Virus record (IMG/VR): IMGVR_UViG_3300031463_000004 | Span: 14,515 to 78,514 of that record | Length of the DNA stretch: 64,000 bases | Source of the DNA: a virus | Reading direction: 5' to 3' (one strand) | In this document: positions 57,429-64,000 of the stretch, piece after piece | Numbering within the stretch: the first letter of the stretch is position 1 | How the letters are laid out: each line of letters starts with the position of its first letter | Translations under genes and position numbers: made by a program | Notes under the pieces: model-generated | Databases searched by the model: none | Seen by the model: the letters and a program-made list of their open reading frames with translations, nothing else | Told to the model about the DNA's origin: nothing

Positions 57429-58595
57429 TCACATCTTGTACGCAGCGAAGAACAGACCCTCCGTGGCCTGCCTCCGAGCGATACCGATATAGCCCTGGAC
57501 CACAGGTCTGATGAGAAGTCTCCCAGGCCCGAGAGCCAGTGCAATTTTGACCCGTTCCCCCTGCTCTTGCCATTGCTGTGCGACTTGCTGCACGAAAGAA
57601 CTGAGATTACTGAAGTGATCCCACTTCAGACTGATTGTCTGCCCAGAAACATCGAATTCTTGGTCTATTTCTTGTAGCAGCTGTGCCTGCAATCCATACA
57701 GCATGGAGACCGTGAGTACCCACGGCTCTGCTATAGGGGGGAGCGTCGTCAGACTGAATCCAGTTACAGGAGGGCGCATATTGAATGCGTTCAGTCCTTG
57801 TTTTAGGTACCGTGCCAATTCTTGATCTGAGTACCCCTGGAGTCTATCTGTTGGCTTCTGTGCCTTGTCCATGAGTGCACGTAAATCCGGCAACATCCTG
57901 AACAGGACGAGAGGGGCTACCCAGAGCATCTGTATCACAGTACGACTCGGGGCTCCAACAGATAGTGTGTAAGACCACACCAAGAGATAATACGCATCCG
58001 ACGTGGAGAGGAGTTCCGCCGGAATATCGGCGTAATAGACGCCGACACTCCCAGGGATCCCACTGACAGGTGGCGTGGCCACGACCTTTTCAGACATGTC
58101 ATACACATTCAACACTGGAGTGCTGAGTGGCTCCACCGGATCAGAACCAACTTTAATCTCAAGATATACTCTTTCTGTTCTGCCTCGCAACGCGAGGACA
58201 TATTCATCTGTCTTTAGAGATGAGAGTTGGTTTGGGTCTGAGTATTTCGGGTTATCAGCCGTTTTATCAACGACACGGAAATACTCTCTCCATAGGTGAT
58301 ACTCACCATCAATAGTGGCCCCAAACTGTATGTACCATCCGTCACTGATGATGGCATTGAGTGGGCATGTGTACAAATACTGATAAACACCCGTATCTAT
58401 CCTTGTAGCCACTCCGGCTGCGGTCAGAGTCCCATCTGGGTCATAGACTCCGACACTAGGCTCTGTTGTCGTCACAGGGTACCCATCTGGGTCACGTGGA
58501 TCCTGGCCTGTAGTCACCAACAGAGACCTCTCAAACGTGTGTTGGCCACCCTGAACTATGATGGCTCTGTTGGTATCTTTATTTTCGTATATCAA
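57429..58595 (-). CDS. Head-tail adaptor/neck protein with N-terminal Ig-like domains
   Basis: YSDQELARYLKQGLNAFN..PP helical domain; TTG start after AGGAGG. Confidence 0.6.
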   Translation of the reverse strand: MIYENKDTNRAIIVQGGQHTFERSLLVTTGQDPRDPDGYPVTTTEPSVGVYDPDGTLTAAGVATRIDTGVYQYLYTCPLNAIISDGWYIQFGATIDGEYHLWREYFRVVDKTADNPKYSDPNQLSSLKTDEYVLALRGRTERVYLEIKVGSDPVEPLSTPVLNVYDMSEKVVATPPVSGIPGSVGVYYADIPAELLSTSDAYYLLVWSYTLSVGAPSRTVIQMLWVAPLVLFRMLPDLRALMDKAQKPTDRLQGYSDQELARYLKQGLNAFNMRPPVTGFSLTTLPPIAEPWVLTVSMLYGLQAQLLQEIDQEFDVSGQTISLKWDHFSNLSSFVQQVAQQWQEQGERVKIALALGPGRLLIRPVVQGYIGIARRQATEGLFFAAYKM

Positions 58596-58649
58596 CCCAG
58601 CCTCCTAGATATCCAGATTACTCCGTCCCAGAACAACAGAGTCAACCCC

Positions 58650-59585
58650 TCATTTGTGTATAGACCCAATTGGAACGGATACAAATACGCGCGTCTGTGT
58701 CTTGCTGTCTGTATTGTATCCAATTAGGGCTCCAACTCCCACTTCACTATGCACCCAGCCCAGTTTCGGGTACCATTGTGCGGTCAGTCCAATACCTACA
58801 CTATCTTTATTCCCATAAACCCCGGTCCCGAACCCGAGTGTGTCCTTCCGGAATCGGAACGGTTCGAACATGACCAGCGCCTCTGCGTTTGATGTCATAC
58901 CAATATTTATTGTGTTTCTCGTCCTCTGCGATTGGGATGCCATTGATGAATATGTAAAGTGGGAGTTGTCTAGATCCAGCGTCGCTGTACCTATTGTGTT
59001 GCCTTCTCTATCCAGTTCCAATAGAGACGCGCTCAAAACACGTAGACCACCATCTTCCGGCTTCTGCCTATAGAGAACCGCATTGATGGAGAACCTCTGA
59101 GCGTAGTCGAAACGGATTTCGTTTGGATCACCATAGATATTTGGCACAAGGATATGGAACCTACGGTATTTATCCCACCACTCGAATTGTATGACCCCTG
59201 GAGACGGATTTGTCGTGGATGCAGAACCACCCGAAGTATTTCCATGGAGATTGGCCTGTATTCTGGCCACGCCATCGAGTAGGAGGTCGTATTTCTTCTG
59301 CATCTTCTTGAGTTCTTCTAAATTCAGTCCGCTTGTCTTCTCAAGCTCCTCCCGAAGCTTGGATTCGTGCGCGAGCTCGGCCCTAACCCGATTCAGCTCC
59401 GCGTTTGCACTCTGGAGTTCCTTCTCTTTCTCTGTGAGATGCCCAGAGAGTTGTCTCTCCAAATCTGTGTTCTTTCTGTGGTATATCAGGAGGAGAAGAG
59501 TCATACCTAGAAGTAAGACAGAAAGGATCAGGACAGGCCATTTACTTGGGGATTTTACGTATAAAGCGACTTTTTCTTCAGACAT
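58650..59585 (-). CDS. Spanin-like protein (N-terminal TM, coiled coil, amphipathic beta-strand C-terminus)
   Basis: WPVLILSVLLLGMTLLLLIY TM; coiled coil; last gene of the lysis cassette. Confidence 0.5.
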   Translation of the reverse strand: MSEEKVALYVKSPSKWPVLILSVLLLGMTLLLLIYHRKNTDLERQLSGHLTEKEKELQSANAELNRVRAELAHESKLREELEKTSGLNLEELKKMQKKYDLLLDGVARIQANLHGNTSGGSASTTNPSPGVIQFEWWDKYRRFHILVPNIYGDPNEIRFDYAQRFSINAVLYRQKPEDGGLRVLSASLLELDREGNTIGTATLDLDNSHFTYSSMASQSQRTRNTINIGMTSNAEALVMFEPFRFRKDTLGFGTGVYGNKDSVGIGLTAQWYPKLGWVHSEVGVGALIGYNTDSKTQTRVFVSVPIGSIHK

Positions 59586-59610
59586 TGTTGGCTCCTACTC
59601 ACAATGTACA

Positions 59611-59994
59611 CTACTCCTGTGGGGGCTTCTCGGAAGCACTCCGGTATTTCCATTCGCCTATATTTCCTCCGGTGTATATGGCTACAGCCCCGCCTGTCCC
59701 TAACAGAAAGACATAGTTCACTTCCTTCAAGATGGAGAGAATCTCCTCAGCACTAAATCTTTCTGGGAATGCTGTACGGAGAGCAATGAAAACTAGGAAC
59801 TCTACAATGGCAGTAGCCCAGATCCTATGTAGGACATATACAGTAAGGACGAACTTTCGCTCTCCTGTTGTTGCCTCTGGAGGGATACCAAACATCCGTC
59901 CCAACAGATTGGTTTCGCCACGACGGTACAGAATCCCACCTATGATTGTGACGATAACTAAGATTGTGAGTACTGCCACAATCGTTATATCCAT
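59611..59994 (-). CDS. Holin-like membrane protein
   Basis: 127 aa with three hydrophobic segments, next to the endolysin. Confidence 0.6.
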   Translation of the reverse strand: MDITIVAVLTILVIVTIIGGILYRRGETNLLGRMFGIPPEATTGERKFVLTVYVLHRIWATAIVEFLVFIALRTAFPERFSAEEILSILKEVNYVFLLGTGGAVAIYTGGNIGEWKYRSASEKPPQE

Positions 59995-60005
59995 TCTTGC
60001 CTTCT

Positions 60006-60650
60006 CTATAGTTTGATGTCTTTGATCATCCTGGAGACCATCGCTCTGTAAGCTTCCTTTCTCGACCCAGTCTTGGATAACGTAGCCACATATATTGAAT
60101 CATATACAGACGTCCTGAATTCCCAGTGCCATTCCTCTTTCACATCCACACGCTTCGGGTCGCCCATCCCAGAGACACCACCTACAATGTTGTTCCAACC
60201 GAGGCTATACGCAAGTTCCGCGAATGCCGTCTGGTCCATGCCAAGACGTTTCGGGTCTACATCCACATCCACGGCTCTACCGGCTTCATGCGGGCTGAAA
60301 CCTGGATGCGGGGAATACGCCAATTTACCACGACCACCATTACAGGCCGTGTATGAGGCCAAGAAAGGATATTCTCGAACTAGCGCCTCTCTCTCCTGCA
60401 ACTTCCCAGTTCCGGTCAGATAATCGTAGTGAGCCTTGGCTTGGTCTTGCTCGTCCCGGAAGGCGTCACTGAGATATAGCTCGCCACCTTTCGCTCTTAC
60501 CTGGTCCCGCAAGGCATATAGCGCATTTGCAGTGTCCGGGGTCAACCACGAAAGCCTAGAAGGCAGTTTTGCAGTGTAATCATTGTAGATTGACATTACG
60601 TCTATCTTGACCAATGCTCCGGGCTTTATTCCAGTAGGATATGTGTCCAT
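60006..60650 (-). CDS. Endolysin, peptidase M15 (VanY-like fold)
   Basis: SDAFRD..Q, PGFSPHEAGRAVD (SxHxxGxAxD), EEWHWEF. Confidence 0.85.
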   Translation of the reverse strand: MDTYPTGIKPGALVKIDVMSIYNDYTAKLPSRLSWLTPDTANALYALRDQVRAKGGELYLSDAFRDEQDQAKAHYDYLTGTGKLQEREALVREYPFLASYTACNGGRGKLAYSPHPGFSPHEAGRAVDVDVDPKRLGMDQTAFAELAYSLGWNNIVGGVSGMGDPKRVDVKEEWHWEFRTSVYDSIYVATLSKTGSRKEAYRAMVSRMIKDIKL

Positions 60651-60659
60651 TGTATACTC

Positions 60660-61139
60660 CTAATGTTTACTCACATCTTCAACCCATCGGATGACTTGGT
60701 ATACCACTTCCAATAGACCTGCCATACCGAGGAGGACTACGGACACCCGTAGAACTACGGCATTCACAATCTTGGACTCTAGATCCTTTATTTCATTACT
60801 AATCTTTTCAAGTCCCTCCTTCCCACTACGGTTGATACATTTCTCCAGGTCTCCAACATCAGTATCAAGTGACGATACTGATTCAGATAACGAATCTAGA
60901 CTATGCTCCAGGTCGGACAGTGCTGGCTGGATGGAAGATAGAATGGACTTGTGGTCCTGAACCAGTGAAGCTATGCTCGCCTGAATATTCCGATTCGCAT
61001 CCAGTATACGTAGCATCGTCGCGGACACTTCCCGCTGCTGTGTAACAATGTCAGATAGGAGAGACTGGCTCACACTTACATTATTTAGGAGACTTTCTAC
61101 TAAGCTAATTAGCGCCGTATAGTCCCTCCTATCTGCCAT
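60660..61139 (-). CDS. Coiled-coil protein with C-terminal TM (lysis accessory, holin/antiholin-like)
   Basis: Heptad coil then VVLRVSVVLLGMAGLLEVVY; directly upstream of the endolysin. Confidence 0.5.
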   Translation of the reverse strand: MADRRDYTALISLVESLLNNVSVSQSLLSDIVTQQREVSATMLRILDANRNIQASIASLVQDHKSILSSIQPALSDLEHSLDSLSESVSSLDTDVGDLEKCINRSGKEGLEKISNEIKDLESKIVNAVVLRVSVVLLGMAGLLEVVYQVIRWVEDVSKH

Positions 61140-61197
61140 TGCTAGTCCTCACATCTGAGGTTTTATCCGAAGGGCCCAGGTACTATCCCTCACCATG

Positions 61198-61440
61198 TCA
61201 GATATCCGCAACAACATCCACCCTGGATGCTATGAGTTCGGTTCCTTGTACAACCACAACAGGAACGAGACGAACCCTGTATTTCTCAGATAACTTCCTC
61301 ACTTCATCCGAGAACGCAGAGATCCTATGCTGCTGATCCTTCGCCAGCAGAATCTTCGCTTGCTCGATAGGATCCATCTCAGGTTCTGAAACCGCCACTT
61401 GTGCCTCTGTCTGTGTTTCCACATTCACTTTCTCTTCCAT
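61198..61440 (-). CDS. Hypothetical protein
   Basis: 80 aa with AGGAGG RBS. Confidence 0.65.
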   Translation of the reverse strand: MEEKVNVETQTEAQVAVSEPEMDPIEQAKILLAKDQQHRISAFSDEVRKLSEKYRVRLVPVVVVQGTELIASRVDVVADI

Positions 61441-61523
61441 GACTACCTCCTAATAAACTCGCAATCAGGCCAACAACACATACAGACAATACACCACATC
61501 TACCCACACATTTTACCATCTCC

Positions 61524-61874
61524 TTATGTAGTCGGGGTGTCAGGTTCCTGATTTGGTTCAGTTTGTTGTGATTCGTTACTACTCCTCTCCTTCGCCCAAT
61601 TAACCATGGTCTCAGCCAACTGACGTAGCTGATCATCTAGTGCTAGAATTGTATCTGGAGATATCCCAGCCGCTACCATGTCCGCTACCGTGAAATCATA
61701 GCGCGTATTGGACTCTGGCCGGTGGTACTGCTGCCCAGCCGCGTTGACTTCTCTGGGCGGCGTGAGCTCCCCAATGGCCTCAAACACTGTACAGGTGGCG
61801 CTGTCACGGTGGAGTTGGATTTCTTGGATGTAATACTCTAAAGTTTTGGAAATGGTCGTGCTATTGTACCCCAT
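61524..61874 (-). CDS. Hypothetical protein (possible fibre chaperone)
   Basis: AAGGAGG RBS; immediately follows the fibre gene. Confidence 0.6.
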   Translation of the reverse strand: MGYNSTTISKTLEYYIQEIQLHRDSATCTVFEAIGELTPPREVNAAGQQYHRPESNTRYDFTVADMVAAGISPDTILALDDQLRQLAETMVNWAKERSSNESQQTEPNQEPDTPTT

Positions 61875-61887
61875 TTTCGCCTCCTTT

Positions 61888-64000
61888 TTACCACGTCGTC
61901 AGAGCGGCGCGGACCCACGTATTGGTCGCAACGCACACGTAGATATAGCCAGCCGTTATGCGAATTTCGCCTGTAGTCCCAGTGTCCGTTGCGTTGGCCG
62001 GAGCAATATTGAGCGCGGAGAGGCGGTATTGCGTTGCAGTCACATTTCCAGTTGCGCTCACACTGGCCTTCACGGCACCAGTAGAATCTCGCACCTGTAA
62101 TAGGTCAGCCGTTTGGCCAGAGGAGCCTTTGATGATTGCACCGACAGTGCTGGCCGAGCTGGTATCTACCTCTATTTTGGCGGCTGGCATAGTTGTCCCA
62201 ATGCCGATGTTGCCGTTTGAAGCTACAAGCTGGTCAGTGCCAACTGTCAACCCATTTGCGGGCATTTTAAATGCGCCAACATTACTGACGCTTGAAAATA
62301 CGTAGCCAGTATTTGACTGCCATTCCTGAAGATTTGCTATTTGTGTACCATCAACAAACGACTGATTCCCTGCACCAGAATTATACAGCATTGTTACTTC
62401 GGTATCTGATAAAACTCTATTCCAAACTCCCGCTTCGTCAATCATTCCCTGAAACGGTTGGTAACTACCATAAGCTCCAATGTAGAGGTTTCCGGAATTA
62501 TTCATCGTTGTGCTTTGCGCGATGGTCAACCGTAAGACACCATCCACATAAAGCCTTCTATTGCTGCCGTCATAGGTGCCTACAATATGGTGCCAAGCGT
62601 TAGTCGAAACCGCGTAACCAGCATCGTTGTATCCAACATCATTTATGGCCCAATGTATTTTTGTGCCATCATAGTATAAGTAATATGTATTTGCGTCCTT
62701 ACTAATGACTCTTTGTGCTGTGTTTGACGTTGTATACATCCACACGGAAACCGATACTTTGGTTGAATTCACCTGCGCGAGAGACGAGCTATTTGGTATG
62801 GTTATATTTATCGTACCAGTTCCTGAAAAACTAGCAGCATTACCAATCTTTCCGGCAGTCCAAACTGGTGTAGTCTGCCATGTACCAGTATTGCCGTTTC
62901 CAGAAGAATCAGAAGCTGTGGGGCCAGTTGATTCGTCTAATTTCCAATATCCAGCAAGTCCAATAGCTAGGTCAGATGGTGTAGAAGTACCTTGTACAAT
63001 GATTCCTTTGGTTTCGCTTGTCGACGGCTGGACATGAAGATTAGCAGCTGGCGCGGCAACACCGATTCCTACATTCCCGCCAGAAGGATTGATAAGCACA
63101 TAACCTTTCGTTACATTCGAAGTAGAATCAAGAGTGAGGTTACCACTGGCTGTGCTGTTGCCGTACAAGGTAAAACCGGCAGCGTCGATGTCGGATGTCC
63201 ATGGGGTTTGTGGGCTACCGGCAGGAGCCCAGCTCAAAACTCCATCTCCTTCGACATCTGTCAAAACACTTCCTGCAGGACCAAGGGCTGTAGGTAAAGT
63301 GAGAGTGTACGTCCCAGATGCAGATGCTGGTTGAATAGTTATCTTACCTGAAGTATCTCCGGACAATGAAAGCACACCCTTGGTTGTACCAGCTAAACCG
63401 AGAGATAGCAGCTCTCCTGGTGCCGTCGTCCCGATGCCGACGTTGCCCGTGAGCGTCCAGTTGTTGCCGTCATGCTGCGCCTTGATTGCTCCTGTACCGT
63501 TGGCGAGGATGATATTGTTGGTCAACCCTGCAGGGAGCATTGCTACGTTAGCTCCAAGGATGGTATTCCCGGTCCCGTAAATGATCCCTTTGCCGGTGTT
63601 GTAGCCCACAGCAGTGTTGTTGCTCGTATTGTTTGGCGTGGCCGTGCCTGTACCTGTGCCTGGCCCTGTCGCGGTGAAGGTTACACCAACAGTGTTTGAG
63701 GATGCCCCGATGAGAGTGAAATCAGTCGTACCCAACGTTTTGATTGTGTAGCTGGTGCCGACATGGAAACTGCCTGCCGTCTGAGCGCCACCTAGATCAT
63801 AGAGGGCTAGGTAACCATCGGCGGTGTTGTTGGAGCCTGTAGTGTTGTAAAAGAGGGCGTACATACCATCGGCGACGTTGTTACTGCCTGTGGTGTTGTT
63901 TTGGAGGGCTTGGTAGCCGGTGGCAGTGTTGTTGGCGCCTGTAGTGTTGTAAAAGAGGGCGTACGCACCACTGGCGGTGTTGTCATCGCCTGTAGTGTTC
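61888..64000 (-). CDS. Fibre/adhesin protein with NTTG repeats and LamG domain (partial; starts beyond the right edge)
   Basis: Frame stays open to the window edge; GNVGIGT repeats; LAGYWKLDE...WHHIVGTYDG..LYVDG...GMIDEAGVWNRVLS LamG; C-terminal YIYVCVATNTWVRAALTTW. Confidence 0.85.
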   Translation of the reverse strand, partial: NTTGDDNTASGAYALFYNTTGANNTATGYQALQNNTTGSNNVADGMYALFYNTTGSNNTADGYLALYDLGGAQTAGSFHVGTSYTIKTLGTTDFTLIGASSNTVGVTFTATGPGTGTGTATPNNTSNNTAVGYNTGKGIIYGTGNTILGANVAMLPAGLTNNIILANGTGAIKAQHDGNNWTLTGNVGIGTTAPGELLSLGLAGTTKGVLSLSGDTSGKITIQPASASGTYTLTLPTALGPAGSVLTDVEGDGVLSWAPAGSPQTPWTSDIDAAGFTLYGNSTASGNLTLDSTSNVTKGYVLINPSGGNVGIGVAAPAANLHVQPSTSETKGIIVQGTSTPSDLAIGLAGYWKLDESTGPTASDSSGNGNTGTWQTTPVWTAGKIGNAASFSGTGTINITIPNSSSLAQVNSTKVSVSVWMYTTSNTAQRVISKDANTYYLYYDGTKIHWAINDVGYNDAGYAVSTNAWHHIVGTYDGSNRRLYVDGVLRLTIAQSTTMNNSGNLYIGAYGSYQPFQGMIDEAGVWNRVLSDTEVTMLYNSGAGNQSFVDGTQIANLQEWQSNTGYVFSSVSNVGAFKMPANGLTVGTDQLVASNGNIGIGTTMPAAKIEVDTSSASTVGAIIKGSSGQTADLLQVRDSTGAVKASVSATGNVTATQYRLSALNIAPANATDTGTTGEIRITAGYIYVCVATNTWVRAALTTW
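63800..63999 (-). repeat. 51-bp / 17-aa tandem repeats (NTTGxxNTAxGxxALxx)
   Basis: Four units visible: NTTGDDNTASGAYALFY, NTTGANNTATGYQALQN, NTTGSNNVADGMYALFY, NTTGSNNTADGYLALY. Confidence 0.9.

Noticed and set aside
24988-58595. Tailocin or eCIS rather than phage
   Set aside because: Neck and head-completion genes and a full replication module point to a phage; head genes are probably outside the window.
24988-64000. Diversity-generating retroelement or invertible fibre cassette
   Set aside because: No reverse transcriptase, invertase or adenine-specific TR/VR pair seen.
63800-64000. CRISPR-like repeats
   Set aside because: They are in-frame 51-bp coding repeats with no unique spacers.
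550-64000. Stop-codon reassignment
   Set aside because: Conserved genes are intact under the standard code, and TAG, TGA and TAA all end genes.
550-64000. Apparent abundance of CTAG and GATC sites
   Set aside because: Visual impression only; needs an observed/expected k-mer count before any claim.

Overview
Almost the whole window (about 550-64000) is one co-directional, minus-strand, densely packed segment of a large tailed bacteriophage with a contractile tail (myovirus type). It uses the standard genetic code and GGAGG-type RBSs. In transcription order (right to left) it carries: a partial LamG/beta-repeat fibre gene; a lysis cassette (M15 endolysin, holin-like protein, unusual spanin-like protein); neck/tail-completion genes; sheath, tube, a tail-chaperone pair with a -1 frameshift site, and tape measure; hub, spike, virion M15 peptidase and baseplate wedge genes; and a cluster of large modular PKD/fibre proteins. 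A very complete replication-recombination module follows: UvsW-like helicase, lambda-O-like initiator, DnaC-like loader, DnaB, primase, sigma-region-2 protein, UDG-PolA fusion, UvsY, gp32-like SSB, a short RecA paralog, 5'-3' exonuclease, single-chain SbcD-SbcC and a host-like RecA. A run of small accessory genes (HNH-RHH, SWIM, Zn fingers) ends the phage segment. The leftmost ~550 bp are more GC-rich and look like bacterial defence-island DNA (probable SNF2-DUF3883 remnant plus a partial AAA_21-type ATPase). No capsid, portal, large terminase, integrase, tRNA or CRISPR array is visible. All family calls come from motif recognition by eye, without database searches. The most novel leads are the two-RecA + UvsY + fused SbcDC recombination set, a sigma2-only factor with a recurring intergenic TGTGTTA motif, the structured polymerase leader, and the TM/coiled-coil/beta-strand spanin candidate.
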